Assembly: GCA_049285595.1 (NCBI GenBank)
Contig: JBAQAF010000013.1
Coordinates: 61,200-125,199 of the forward strand
DNA length: 64,000 nucleotides
Source: Thermoplasmata archaeon
GTDB taxonomy: Archaea > Thermoplasmatota > Thermoplasmata > Lutacidiplasmatales > UBA184
Direction of reading: 5' to 3'
Shown: piece by piece, positions 36,925 to 46,949 of the stretch
How positions within the stretch are numbered: position 1 is the first letter of the stretch
Layout: the number at the start of each line of letters is the position of its first letter
Made by a program: the position numbers and the translations under genes
The notes under the pieces: model-generated
Seen by the model: only the letters and a program-made list of their open reading frames with translations
Database searches by the model: none
Told to the model about the DNA's origin: nothing

Positions 36925-37386
36925 CTATCGCTTCGAGGCCGAAGTTCGGCGAGATGGAGGGGAATTTGACCTGCGGCGGACCCTCGGCCGTGGTGTCGAC
37001 GGAGCCTTGTCGGCGAGTTGGGCACGATTGAGATCCACCGCGGCACGTATGAGCTCCTTCAGCGCCTTCTCGTTCACCGCGTCGGGCTCGAAGATGTCGA
37101 TCGCGCGCCACATACTTCCTCCCAACCCGGCGTTGAAGAGTTTCTGGGGATCGGGAAGGTGGGCGCCCTGAGGGAAGGTGATCTTCACCTTCCCCTTGTG
37201 CGGATTCGCAATGGCGACGATGCCATCGTGGGACCAGGTGGGGGTGCCCATCCACTTGAACTCCTCGACGATCTCGGCGTCGGCCTCGTGCATCAATTGG
37301 CGGATCTGAGACAAACGTTCGCCGCGCCAGTCCCCGACATGGTCGATCAATCGGTCGATGAGGACCGAGGGAGGCGAGCGGGCCAT
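36925..37386 (-). CDS. DUF1801 (YdhG-like) domain protein
   Basis: IDHVGDWRGERLSQIRQLMHEADAEIVEEFKWMGTPTWSHDGIVAIANPHKGKVKITF. Start at ATG 37386 or GTG 37401. Confidence 0.7.
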   Translation of the reverse strand: MARSPPSVLIDRLIDHVGDWRGERLSQIRQLMHEADAEIVEEFKWMGTPTWSHDGIVAIANPHKGKVKITFPQGAHLPDPQKLFNAGLGGSMWRAIDIFEPDAVNEKALKELIRAAVDLNRAQLADKAPSTPRPRVRRRSNSPPSRRTSASKR

Positions 37387-37595
37387 TGGTGGTACGAACA
37401 CGATAGCGGGTATATCACGGTGGGACGGCGGGGCCCGGTTTGAGCTGCCCGAATCTCAATCCGGTGGGCAGTGCGTACACGATGAGTGCGATATCGGTGG
37501 CTACCTTAGGGGGAGGCATGATCCGGCTCGCGACCCCAAATGCACCGACCGCCGCATCATTCATCGCACAGTCCTCCTTGTCGCGGACTTGAGCC

Positions 37596-38168
37596 ATGAC
37601 CGGGAGGGGAGAGAAACCCGCTCGGGAGAAGCACTCGGCCTCGATACTTCGGCGGGTGAACTGGTCGACCGAGATCGACACGGTTCGCCGACTCTTCCGT
37701 GATTACCGAAAGTGGCTTGCGGACCACCGAGACCCGGCGGCCCCCGCGAATTCGCCCGGGGAACTAGGGCTCGCCGAGAAAGATTGGCAGATCGCAGGGC
37801 TTCCGGGAGACTACGGTCCCCCCCGAGGGGAGGTCTTACTCGCGCTGGCGCGAGACGCCGTGGTCAGCTGCGGCGTTCTCCGAGAAGTCGAACCGCAGGT
37901 CGCGGAGATCAAGCGAGTGTACGTGCGAGCCGACCACCGGGGTCCGGGCTTCGGGCCCCGCCTGACGCAGGCGCTGCTGGACCGTGCGCGCGAACTCGAC
38001 TACGAGCGGGTGCGGGTTGACACGCTCTCGACCATGGAAGGTGCCATCCAGTTTTACCAGGAGATGGGGTTCTCTCCGATTCCGGCGTATTGGCCTCACC
38101 CGGCCCCCGGGGCCCGGTTCTTCGAGTACCGGTTTATGCCGGCGGCACGAGCCGATCGACGAGGATGA
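37596..38168 (+). CDS. GNAT family N-acetyltransferase
   Basis: AEIKRVYVRADHRGPGFGPRLTQALLDRARELDYERVRVDT...AIQFYQEMGF. Confidence 0.82.
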   Translation: MTGRGEKPAREKHSASILRRVNWSTEIDTVRRLFRDYRKWLADHRDPAAPANSPGELGLAEKDWQIAGLPGDYGPPRGEVLLALARDAVVSCGVLREVEPQVAEIKRVYVRADHRGPGFGPRLTQALLDRARELDYERVRVDTLSTMEGAIQFYQEMGFSPIPAYWPHPAPGARFFEYRFMPAARADRRG

Positions 38169-38334
38169 GCTGTGAATTCGGCAGGGTCCGGAAGTCAACC
38201 CGACGCGTCGAAGGAGCAAAAGCGACATAGTTCCTTCGACCCACGCGATTGGTCGTCAACGTCAATCGATGAGAGATCCGAAGATGCGCCGGGGGACGCG
38301 TCGATCGCCTGGGATGCCCGCGGTCGATCGAGCG

Positions 38335-38979
38335 ATGTGGACACGTTTGTACGAAGAAGCCCGTGTCCGAAAACTCCCGTGGATGAACCAAGGTCCGTTT
38401 CCACCCTTGGTCCGGTCGGTGGAGGACGGTTGGTTGAGCCCGCCGGGTCCGGTACTGGACGTTGGTTGCGGGGTGGGGACGAACACCCTCTGGCTCGCCG
38501 CTCAGGGATTTCGAGCCACCGGGATAGATATTGCTCCGGGCGCGGTCGCGGCGGCGACCTCCGCCCTGAAACCAGGGCGTTCGAGTCCGAAGTTCCTGGT
38601 CGACGATATCCTCGCGAGCCGCCTGCCCGCCGCAAGCTTCGGGGCGGCGGTGGACGTGGGGTGCTTCCAGACCCTCCCCCCGAGGACCCGGTCCGACTTT
38701 TCTATCAGCCTGGCACGGCTGCTCGCGCCGGGTGCGCTGTTCCTCCTGTTCTGGGTCGCCCGGGAGGAACGAGGGTCGTGGGGACCGCCGCACCGGCTGT
38801 CCGTCGGGGAGGTTACCCAGGCGCTCGAGCCGGCGTTCCTGGTGGAGCGGATCGCACATCGTCCCCGGAACGTTCGCCTCACTCAGGAGGTCAGGCGTTC
38901 CGCTCGCCCGCTAGCGACTCTCGCTGGGTACACCGCTAGGCTCGTGCGCCGACGAGAGCCTCAGCCGCCGGCGAGATGA
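38335..38979 (+). CDS. Class I SAM-dependent methyltransferase (TPMT-like)
   Basis: MWTRLYEE...LPW...VLDVGCGVGTNTLWLAAQGFRATGIDIAP. Track ORF begins at 38269, so the start is uncertain. Confidence 0.8.
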   Translation: MWTRLYEEARVRKLPWMNQGPFPPLVRSVEDGWLSPPGPVLDVGCGVGTNTLWLAAQGFRATGIDIAPGAVAAATSALKPGRSSPKFLVDDILASRLPAASFGAAVDVGCFQTLPPRTRSDFSISLARLLAPGALFLLFWVAREERGSWGPPHRLSVGEVTQALEPAFLVERIAHRPRNVRLTQEVRRSARPLATLAGYTARLVRRREPQPPAR

Positions 38980-39242
38980 GCCTGCAGAAGCGCTGGAGAC
39001 GGCAGGCGAGATCGGCTCACCGACCCGCGCCCGACGGCACGCGTCGCGCCGCGCCACGGAGCGGGGGCAGAGCCGCATGCTCGCCCGCCGGACCAGGGTC
39101 TGTCGGGTCCGGGGGAATCGACAATTGAGGTATTTCGGAGCCTCGCCGTCCGGCGATTGCCGTTCGAAATCCATCGGCGGGACGCAACTACTTGAACAGG
39201 GGCCGGGCCTAGAATTTTGCCGACAAGGCACGAGGCGAGAAA

Positions 39243-39494
39243 ATGAGCGAAATGTGTGCGATTTGCGGAGCGTCCGAGGCCTCCGCGGCGAGCCTGGTCG
39301 AACACATGAAGACCGCCCACAAGCACGACGACCCCGCGTCGGACGTCGAAATGAACCCGGAGACGCACACTCCTGGGCTAGCGTGCGCGCTATGCGGTCA
39401 ACGATTCGCCACCCGAGCGGCCCTCGCGAGCCACAATCTGCGACCGCATCCCCAGCCGATCGTGGCCCGGGAAGAGGAGCCGAGACCCGCGTAG
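39243..39494 (+). CDS. Small protein with two C2H2 zinc-finger motifs
   Basis: CAICGASEASAASLVEHMKTAH and CALCGQRFATRAALASHNLRPH both fit C-x2-C-x12-H-x4-H. Confidence 0.7.
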   Translation: MSEMCAICGASEASAASLVEHMKTAHKHDDPASDVEMNPETHTPGLACALCGQRFATRAALASHNLRPHPQPIVAREEEPRPA

Positions 39495-39576
39495 CTCGGG
39501 AGGCTCCCGCACGAGGACCGGGGGTGCCCTTGCTCAGAGTCTTTGGGCCGGTGCGGGGTTTCCGCACTACAGCAGA

Positions 39577-39649
39577 TGGGCTCGGCCGGATTCGAACCGG
39601 CGATTTTCGCTGTGTGAGAGCGACGTCTTAACCGCTGGACCACGAGCCC
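39577..39649 (-). tRNA. tRNA-Val (anticodon CAC)
   Basis: Minus strand GGGCTCG-TG-GTCC..GAC-G-TCGCT-CTCACAC-AGCGA-AAATC-GCCGG-TTCGAAT-CCGGC-CGAGCCC-A, hand-folded. Confidence 0.9.
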
Positions 39650-39676
39650 GACAGGGAGGGTCGAGGGGTGACCGCG

Positions 39677-39682
39677 CTTAAA
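39677..39682 (-). promoter_or_regulatory. TATA-like box (TTTAAG) of tRNA-Val
   Basis: 28 nt upstream of the tRNA 5' end. Same hexamer as upstream of tRNA-Cys. Confidence 0.5.
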
Positions 39683-39686
39683 GATT

Positions 39687-40547
39687 CTAGAGCGCGAGAA
39701 TGAGCGGGAGGAGCAGGCTCGCCGCCACCGTCAGGACGAGTCCGCTCGCGAGGGCCAGGCCCCCTGCCTCCGTGTCCCCGTACTGAGTGACGAAGTAGAG
39801 GGTCGTATCCATCGAGGTAGCGCCCCCGAGCGCGGCCAACCCCTCGCCCCGGAGACGACGGCCGACGACCGGGGAGAGGAGCATCGTGAGATCCTCTCTC
39901 AGAAAGTTCGTCAGGAACGCGAGGAGCCCAAGGGCCGGGCCGGCGCGCTCGGCCACCAACGGACCGGCCAAGGTGTACCAGCCGAAGGCGAGCGCAGTGG
40001 CAAGCGACTCGGGGAGCGCTGTGCCGAGGACCGCGCTGAGCACCAACGCCGCGGCGACCGCGCCGCTCCCCGCAGCGACGATCGGCACCCAGGCGCGCCG
40101 GACACTTTCCGCGCTGATGTGAAGTCCGAAGGCGACGAGGGCCAGAAGTGCGTACAGGGCCCACGGAATTCCCGACGTGAAAGGCAGGCTGAGGAGATGG
40201 CCCAGAACGAACCCGACCAGGAGCGCGCCGAGCAGAACGACGGAGATCGGGAACCGTTCCCCGATACCCGCAGGGGTCGTCGTGGCGGGGCGGGTCTCGT
40301 GACGAGCGAGCAGAAGGTACGCTGCTGTGGTCAGCCCGAGGAGAAGGAGCGCGAACGCGACAGCGACCGGGAGCGTCTCCGCGAGTGCCAGGAGCGGGAC
40401 GCTGGCCAGCGATGCCCCCAGGAGACCGACCAGGACGACGATCGTCGCCAGCGTCGCACGGCCGAGCCACGGTCCCGGCACACGCACGAACCGTCCGGCG
40501 ACGAATCCGACGCCGAACGCCACGTAGAGGAACGGGTCGAACAGCAC
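39687..40547 (-). CDS. Polytopic membrane protein (LysO/DUF340-like)
   Basis: 286 aa made almost entirely of hydrophobic helices with internal duplication. The family call is tentative. Confidence 0.65.
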   Translation of the reverse strand: MLFDPFLYVAFGVGFVAGRFVRVPGPWLGRATLATIVVLVGLLGASLASVPLLALAETLPVAVAFALLLLGLTTAAYLLLARHETRPATTTPAGIGERFPISVVLLGALLVGFVLGHLLSLPFTSGIPWALYALLALVAFGLHISAESVRRAWVPIVAAGSGAVAAALVLSAVLGTALPESLATALAFGWYTLAGPLVAERAGPALGLLAFLTNFLREDLTMLLSPVVGRRLRGEGLAALGGATSMDTTLYFVTQYGDTEAGGLALASGLVLTVAASLLLPLILAL

Positions 40548-40553
40548 GGGCCG

Positions 40554-41882
40554 TTAGCCCGACCAGGCGGAGAGGCTGGAGCGGCGCGGTCGGGCCCCCC
40601 CGGGATCGAGATGCACAGTGTCCTCCCGGCGGGCGCCGTACCCGACGTACTCCACCGGGACGCCGACCTCCTCGGTGATTCGGCCAAGGAACGCGCGCAG
40701 CGTCGCCGGGAGCGCCGATGCACCCTCGCGCCGCAGCCGCTCCTTGGTCCGCTCGTGGAACTCGGGCCATCCGGGGAGGCGCTCGTAGACCGGTTGGGCG
40801 CGCTCGAGGTCGTCCGCGTTGGTCGGCAGGACGTTGCGCTCGGTCGACCCGTCCGGCATCACGTACTGGGAGCAGACCGATATCTCCTCGAGCCCGCCGA
40901 GGACATCCACCTTGGTGATGGCGAGCGACGTGAACCCGTTGAGTCTCGCGGCGTAGCGCAGAAGCACGAGGTCGAGCCAGCCGCACCGCCGGGCCCGGCC
41001 GGTCGTCGCGCCCCGTTCCCCGCCGACGCGCCGTAGGAACTCGCCGCCCTCGCCCGAGTCCTCGGTCGGGAACGGTCCCGCGCCGACCCGCGTCGAGTAC
41101 GCCTTCGCGACCCCGATCACGGAGTCGACCTCGGTCGGCGAGATACCGCTGCCGACGAGCGCGCCCGCGCTCGTCGGGTGGGAGCTCGTCACGAACGGAT
41201 ACGTTCCGAAATCGATGTCCAGGAGCGCGCTCTGGGCGCCCTCCAAGAGCACCCGCTCGCCCCGGGCGAGCGCGTCCCAGAGCAACGGCTCGGTGGAACG
41301 CACCCGAGAGGCGAGCCGGCCGCCGACTTCGGCGAGTCGTCCCGCAAGCTCGTCGATCGGAGGAAGATTGGGTAAATGGGGCTTCGTGGCGTAGAGGAGT
41401 TCGAGCTGATCTCGCAGCATCGCCGGACGCAGCAGATCGGCGATCCGCAACCCGGTGCGAGCCGCCCGGTCGGCGTACGCGGGCCCGATTCCCCGACGAG
41501 TCGTGCCGAGAGCCGCAGCGCCCTTCTGTCGCGACCGCAGCTCGTCCTCCCACGCATCCTCGATCTCGTGCACCGGTAGAACGAGGTGGGCCCGGTCCGA
41601 GAGGATTACCTCGCCCCGGAGCAACCCTCGGCGTTCCAGGTCGAGCATCTCGTCCTCGAGCAGGAACGGATTGATCACCATCCCCGGGCCGCTGACTCCG
41701 CCGACGCCGTGCCGCAGGACTCCGCAGGAGAGTTGGTGAAGGACGAGCGCTCCTTCCGGAAGATGGATCGAGTGACCGGCGTTCGGGCCCCCACCGGTCC
41801 GGACAACGTAGCGAGCGTCGGCCGAAAGATAGTCGCAGATCTTTCCCTTCGCCTCGTCGCCGAACTGCGCCCCGACCACCAC
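40554..41882 (-). CDS. purA: Adenylosuccinate synthase
   Basis: VVGAQFGDEAKGK...GPNAGH...GTTRRGIGPAY...GAQSALLDIDFGTYPFVTSS. Confidence 0.95.
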   Translation of the reverse strand: MVVGAQFGDEAKGKICDYLSADARYVVRTGGGPNAGHSIHLPEGALVLHQLSCGVLRHGVGGVSGPGMVINPFLLEDEMLDLERRGLLRGEVILSDRAHLVLPVHEIEDAWEDELRSRQKGAAALGTTRRGIGPAYADRAARTGLRIADLLRPAMLRDQLELLYATKPHLPNLPPIDELAGRLAEVGGRLASRVRSTEPLLWDALARGERVLLEGAQSALLDIDFGTYPFVTSSHPTSAGALVGSGISPTEVDSVIGVAKAYSTRVGAGPFPTEDSGEGGEFLRRVGGERGATTGRARRCGWLDLVLLRYAARLNGFTSLAITKVDVLGGLEEISVCSQYVMPDGSTERNVLPTNADDLERAQPVYERLPGWPEFHERTKERLRREGASALPATLRAFLGRITEEVGVPVEYVGYGARREDTVHLDPGGARPRRSSLSAWSG

Positions 41883-42016
41883 GCAGACGGTCGTACTTCC
41901 ACCCCTCGACCGCCCGGGACGACCGGGGATAAAAGCGGTTCCTTGGCCCCCGACGGGAGTGGTGCCGTGCGAAGGCAGCGCAGGTTACCCCAACGATAAA
42001 GAAGGGTGTCGCGGTC

Positions 42017-43165
42017 GTGCGCAGAATGGTCGCCGCGAGGACCCGGGAGGTCGAGATATCGGGCATCCGCAAGATGTTCGAGGCGGCCCCCCCGAACTCG
42101 GTGAATCTCGGCCTCGGGGAGCCGGATTTCAACCCTCCCGCCCGGGTCGTCGACGCGCTCTGCCGCGCGGTCAAGGAGGGGATGAACCACTACGGGCCGT
42201 CCGCTGGGATCCCCGCGCTCCGAGAGAAGGTGGCGGAGCGGTACCGCGACCGCGAGCCGGCAACGTCCCGGGAGAACGTGATCATCACCGGGAGCGGCAC
42301 GGAGGGCTTGATGGCGACTGCCCTGGCCCTCTACGATCCCCGGGACGAGATCCTCGTGCCCGATCCCGGGTTCGTCCTCTACGGTCCCCACGCCCGGCTC
42401 GTCGGCGCCGTACCGGTCCCGTACGCCCTTCCCGAAAGCTCCGGCTTCCTTCCCGACCCGGACGAGCTCGAAGGTCTCGTGACTTCGCGCACCCGAGCGA
42501 TCGTCGTCAACAGCCCCTCCAACCCGACCGGCGGGGTCTTCCCTAAAGCGATGGTCGACCGGATCGTCGCGTTCGCCGATCGTCACGATCTCACGATCGT
42601 CTCGGACGAGGTGTACGAGGAGATCACCTACGACCGGCCCGCGACGTCGTTCTGGGGTCGATGCGACCGGGTCGTGATCGTGAACTCCTTCTCGAAAACG
42701 CTCGCCATGACCGGCTGGAGGATCGGGTTCCTCGTGGCGCCGCGCTCGCTCGCGGTCGAGCTCAACAAGATGCACTACCACCTGATGGCCTGCCCGCCGA
42801 CGCCGGCTCAGATCGCCGTCCTGGCGGGACTCGAGTCGGATCTCGCGACGCGCCGGATGGTCAAGGAGTTTCGGGCACGGCGCGAGATCGTCATCCAGCT
42901 GCTGTCGAAGGTCCCGGGGCTTTCGCTCGTTCCGCCGTCCGGCGCGTTCTACGCGTTCCCGCGATTTTCGTGGAAGCGCTCCGCCTCCGAGGTCGCGACG
43001 GCGCTGCTCGGCCGCGGGGTGATCACGACCCCCGGGGACGCCTTCGGCGCCCGGGGCGCGGCGCATCTTCGCCTCTCCTTCGCGGCGTCGCGGGCGGACA
43101 TTCGCCGTGGGATCGGGATCCTGGCGGAGTACGCGCGCTCGCTGCCCGAGGTCGCCTCGGCATGA
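42017..43165 (+). CDS. Class I/II PLP-dependent (aspartate-type) aminotransferase
   Basis: ISGIRKMFE...NLGLGEPDF...NSPSNPTG...NSFSKTLAMTGWRIG. Start at GTG 42017 or ATG 42026. Confidence 0.9.
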   Translation: MRRMVAARTREVEISGIRKMFEAAPPNSVNLGLGEPDFNPPARVVDALCRAVKEGMNHYGPSAGIPALREKVAERYRDREPATSRENVIITGSGTEGLMATALALYDPRDEILVPDPGFVLYGPHARLVGAVPVPYALPESSGFLPDPDELEGLVTSRTRAIVVNSPSNPTGGVFPKAMVDRIVAFADRHDLTIVSDEVYEEITYDRPATSFWGRCDRVVIVNSFSKTLAMTGWRIGFLVAPRSLAVELNKMHYHLMACPPTPAQIAVLAGLESDLATRRMVKEFRARREIVIQLLSKVPGLSLVPPSGAFYAFPRFSWKRSASEVATALLGRGVITTPGDAFGARGAAHLRLSFAASRADIRRGIGILAEYARSLPEVASA

Positions 43166-43280
43166 TCGAGGGGGTCATCGGTCGCATCTTCCGGGTCGTC
43201 GGCCGACTGCGCGGGGGGGACGAGGGAAGAGACCTCGAGCGGGTCGGCACCGAGCTGGTCGACCTCGAGCGTCGCCGGGC

Positions 43281-44438
43281 TCAACGTCCGACGAGCGAAC
43301 GGTAAAGTTCCTCGTGCCGACGGGCGCACGTCGACCAGTCGAGCCGGGTCACCACCTCCGCGCCGCGGGCAGCGAGGCGCCGCGTCTCCTCCGGTTGTTG
43401 GACGACCGCGACGAGGGCTGCGGCCAGCGCGTCGGGGTCGTCGTACGGTACGAGACGGCCCGCCCGTCCTCCTTCCATCACCTCGGGAACCCCTCCCACG
43501 GCGGTCGCAACGACCGGGGTCCCGGCGGCCATCCCTTCGAGGAGGACGATGCCGAACGCCTCCCACTCGGACGGGAGCACGAGCGCCGTCGCTTTCCGGA
43601 CGACGGCTCGGTAGACCGACCGGTCGGGAACGTGACCGAGCCACGTCAGGCTCTCCGCAATTCCGAGCTGCCGTGCCTGGGCCTCGAGCAAGGTCCGTTG
43701 TCCCCAGTCCTTGCCCATCAGGACGAGCGGAAGCCGGTCTTTCGGCGGGATCCGGGCCAGGGCGTCGAGCAGGAGCGGTACGCCTTTGTTCGATGCGACT
43801 CGACCTGCGAAGAGGAGGTAGCGCTCCGGCAGCGGGACCGTCGGGAGTTGATCGCCGGGAGGATCCTGCCATTCGGCCAGATCGAGCCCCGGCGGGATGA
43901 TCCGTATCCTGGCGCCGGGCGCGAACTCGCGGACGAGCCTCGCCTCCTGTTCCGTCTCCACGACCAGGGCCTTCGCCACCCGATATGCGGTCATCCCGAA
44001 GCCGAAATCCTGGAGACGGAGCAGCGCGGCCTTGATCGGCGGCTCGGAGCGATCGGCAGGGTGATAGTGCGTGGAGACGACCAGCGGGATCCCGAGACGG
44101 TCCGCCACGGCCGCCGACTCGAGCACGTGTCCGTAGCGGTGAGAGTGGACATGAATGACGTCGACCCGGCTCTCGGCGAGCGCGTCCATCAGGCCGATCA
44201 TCATCGGGAGCGTGAGCCCAGGGATCAACTTGTGTCGGACGGAGAACCGCCGGACGGGGACCCCGTCGACGACCGGGGCGTAGTCCGAGCGCCGCTCGCG
44301 CGTCGATTCGTCGTAGAGGTCGCTCGCGTAGACGGTGACGTCGTGACCGGCGTCGCGCAATCGGCGCGACACCTCCCGGACGTTCGTCTCGACGCCCCCG
44401 GGCGCATCGAATCGTAACGTCACCTGGGCGATCTTCAT
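43281..44438 (-). CDS. Family 4 glycosyltransferase (GT-B fold)
   Basis: MKIAQVT...GGVETNV... and C-terminal LPSEWEAFGIVLLEGMAAGTPVVAT (E-x7-E). Confidence 0.88.
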   Translation of the reverse strand: MKIAQVTLRFDAPGGVETNVREVSRRLRDAGHDVTVYASDLYDESTRERRSDYAPVVDGVPVRRFSVRHKLIPGLTLPMMIGLMDALAESRVDVIHVHSHRYGHVLESAAVADRLGIPLVVSTHYHPADRSEPPIKAALLRLQDFGFGMTAYRVAKALVVETEQEARLVREFAPGARIRIIPPGLDLAEWQDPPGDQLPTVPLPERYLLFAGRVASNKGVPLLLDALARIPPKDRLPLVLMGKDWGQRTLLEAQARQLGIAESLTWLGHVPDRSVYRAVVRKATALVLPSEWEAFGIVLLEGMAAGTPVVATAVGGVPEVMEGGRAGRLVPYDDPDALAAALVAVVQQPEETRRLAARGAEVVTRLDWSTCARRHEELYRSLVGR

Positions 44439-45616
44439 GCCGCGACCACCTGCGAGTACACCCGATCGATGCGATCGACGATCTCCTCCCAGGCAAAGCG
44501 CGGCACGACGTCGCGCTGGCCGAACTCCCCGAACCGTCGGGCCGTCGCGGGATCGGACCAGAGCCGCTCGATCGCCGCAGCGAGACCCGCCCGGTCGCCG
44601 GGCGGAACGAGCAGACCGGATTTTCCGTCCTCGATGAACTCGGGGATCCCCCCGACGCGCGAGGCGATGACGGGCGTCCCCTGCGAGAGTGACTCGAGGA
44701 GAACGAGGCCGAAGGCCTCATACTCGCTGGGCAGGACCGTGCATCGGGCCTCCCGATACAACGCCGACAGGTCCGCGTCCGAGCCGACATGGCCGACGCG
44801 GTGGACCTGCGAGGCGATCCCGAGCTCCCGGACCCGTGCGTCGAAGCGGGCCCCCATCCCCCCGTCCGCCCCGACGATGAGGAGATGGGCGGTTGCGTCG
44901 CGCCGCGCGAGCGGAGCGAAGGCGTCGGCGAGCTCCAGCAGCCCCTTGTTCGAGGCGAGCCGGCCCACGAACAGGACGAACGGTCCTTGGATCCCCCAGC
45001 GGTCCCGGGCGACCGTCGATCCGGCCGGCGCGGGCGGGAGGGGCGTGTAGCCGGGCGGGATGATCTCGAGCGGGGGGAGCGGGAGGCCGAGCGTCCGCAG
45101 GAGCCGCTCTTCTTCGTGGGTCTGCACGATGATCCGAGCGGCGCTTTGCACCACGGATCCGGCGAGGCTACGGTCGTAGAACCCGCGGATCCGGTGGCGG
45201 AGCCAGCCGCCCTCGATCGACCAGATCGGATGGAAGTGCGCGGTGAGAACGAACGGCGTCCCGTGGCGCCGTCGGTGGCGACGGGCGACCCCGACCTGGT
45301 TCGTCCCGTACGTGTGGGCGTGGACGATCTCGGGGTTCGCCCGCTCGAGCGCCCGTTCGAGACCTCGGAAGAACGTGTAGTGCAGCTCCCCCGGCATCGA
45401 CCAGACCGGTAGGCGGTGCACTTTTCCGGAGGCGGTCGTCTCTTCTCGGGGAACGTCCGCCGCGAGGCGCTGCCAGGGGAACTCTCGGTACAGTTCGCTC
45501 GTGAACACCTCGACCGAGTGGCCCCGGGCGGCGAGCCGGGGGACGAGCTCGGCCACGTGTCGCTCGACCCCGCCCGGACCGGGCGGGTACCGTGTCGTGA
45601 GCTGGGCGACCCGCAC
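44435..45616 (-). CDS. Family 4 glycosyltransferase (GT-B fold)
   Basis: MRVAQLT...GGVERHV...LPSEYEAFGLVLLESLSQGTPVIAS. ATGA overlap with the downstream GT4 gene. Confidence 0.88.
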   Translation of the reverse strand: MRVAQLTTRYPPGPGGVERHVAELVPRLAARGHSVEVFTSELYREFPWQRLAADVPREETTASGKVHRLPVWSMPGELHYTFFRGLERALERANPEIVHAHTYGTNQVGVARRHRRRHGTPFVLTAHFHPIWSIEGGWLRHRIRGFYDRSLAGSVVQSAARIIVQTHEEERLLRTLGLPLPPLEIIPPGYTPLPPAPAGSTVARDRWGIQGPFVLFVGRLASNKGLLELADAFAPLARRDATAHLLIVGADGGMGARFDARVRELGIASQVHRVGHVGSDADLSALYREARCTVLPSEYEAFGLVLLESLSQGTPVIASRVGGIPEFIEDGKSGLLVPPGDRAGLAAAIERLWSDPATARRFGEFGQRDVVPRFAWEEIVDRIDRVYSQVVAA

Positions 45617-45670
45617 GAGGACCGGCTACCCGCGGGGTTACTTGATGCCGCGGGAGCCCGCAAGGCGCGT

Positions 45671-46750
45671 CTAGGAAGAGCTCTTGGTGCTCGCGAGCCG
45701 CTGGGCGTACTTCTTGTAAACCTCGGTGGCGCGGGCGACCGCCTCGGTCTTCACATATTCGTTCGCCTGGTGAGAGAGCTCTTCCTCGCCGGCGCCGAAG
45801 ATCACGACCCGGGGATTCACCTGCGAGTAGTGGACCGCCTCGGAGGCGTGGACCAAGACCGTCGGCTCCGCCTGGGCGACCTCCCGGAGAAGGCGCACGT
45901 GCTCGGAGTTCGGGTCGATCTGGACCGCCGGCATCGACAGGATCCGGCGGAGCGTGAACGGGGTCTTGATCCGGCGCAGGTGCTCCTCGATCTCGTGGTA
46001 GAGCTGGTCGGGGGTGTACGGCGGAGGGAAGCGGATGTCGACCTCGCTCGTGCACTTGTTCGGCACGACGTTGAGGCGGCTGCCGCCGGTGAAGGTGCCG
46101 ATGTTGAGCGTGACCGACCCGAGTTCGGGGTGGGCGATCCGGCCCTTGAACGACTCGAGCCCGCGCAGGATCCGCATCATCTTCGAGATGGCGTTCTCCC
46201 CGAGGTGCGGCATCGCGCCGTGCGCGGCCTTCCCGCGGGTCTCGATGGCGAGGTCGAGGACGCCCTTCTCGGCGTAGGCGACCCGCAGGCCCGTCGGCTC
46301 TCCCACGACCACCGCCTTCGCGCGCCGCAGCGGGAGCGTCTTCGCGAGCGCCGTCGCCCCTTGCATCGACGTCTCCTCGTCGGTCGTCAGCGCGAGCACG
46401 ATGGGGATCTTTCGCGCGACCAGGTCCTGGGCGGCCTCCAACATCGCGACGACCGTACCTTTCATGTCGGCCGCGCCGCGGCCGTACATCCGGCCCGAGG
46501 CGAGCTGGCTCTGCGAGAAGCTCCAGTAATCGCCGATCGGCGGCGTGTCGAGATGGCCGGAGAGCACGACCCCCCCCTGCCCGAACTCCGCGAGGAGCGC
46601 GGGGGCGTGGGGATCTCCGAAGAGGGTGTTCCGCATCCGGATCCCGTCGGTGAACGACTGGACGTAGTCGAGCACCTCTTGCTTGTCGGAGAACGGGTCG
46701 CTGGGGATCTTGATCAGCTCGGCCAGCATCTCCACCATCTGGCGTTTCAT
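45671..46750 (-). CDS. M20-family metallopeptidase/deacylase (ArgE/DapE/LysK-like)
   Basis: MKRQMVEMLAELIKIPS...LSGHLDTPP...GRGAADMKG...TTDEETS. Start at ATG 46750 inside track ORF 45671..46999. Confidence 0.88.
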   Translation of the reverse strand: MKRQMVEMLAELIKIPSDPFSDKQEVLDYVQSFTDGIRMRNTLFGDPHAPALLAEFGQGGVVLSGHLDTPPIGDYWSFSQSQLASGRMYGRGAADMKGTVVAMLEAAQDLVARKIPIVLALTTDEETSMQGATALAKTLPLRRAKAVVVGEPTGLRVAYAEKGVLDLAIETRGKAAHGAMPHLGENAISKMMRILRGLESFKGRIAHPELGSVTLNIGTFTGGSRLNVVPNKCTSEVDIRFPPPYTPDQLYHEIEEHLRRIKTPFTLRRILSMPAVQIDPNSEHVRLLREVAQAEPTVLVHASEAVHYSQVNPRVVIFGAGEEELSHQANEYVKTEAVARATEVYKKYAQRLASTKSSS

Positions 46751-46949
46751 ACGTGTGGTATCCTGTCGCCGTTCGATGGAGAAACCCGCGAACGAACGGT
46801 CTTCACGGACAGCCCGGACGAGAGATAATCGTTCGCCCTCCCCGCGCCGCGACCTCGGCCGAGGTCGCCGGGGCGTTCGGGGACGGGCGGCCGAAGGAAG
46901 TAAAGCCGCATAAGCCCGCCCGGATTCCGCCCGCCGACGAGGAACCACC

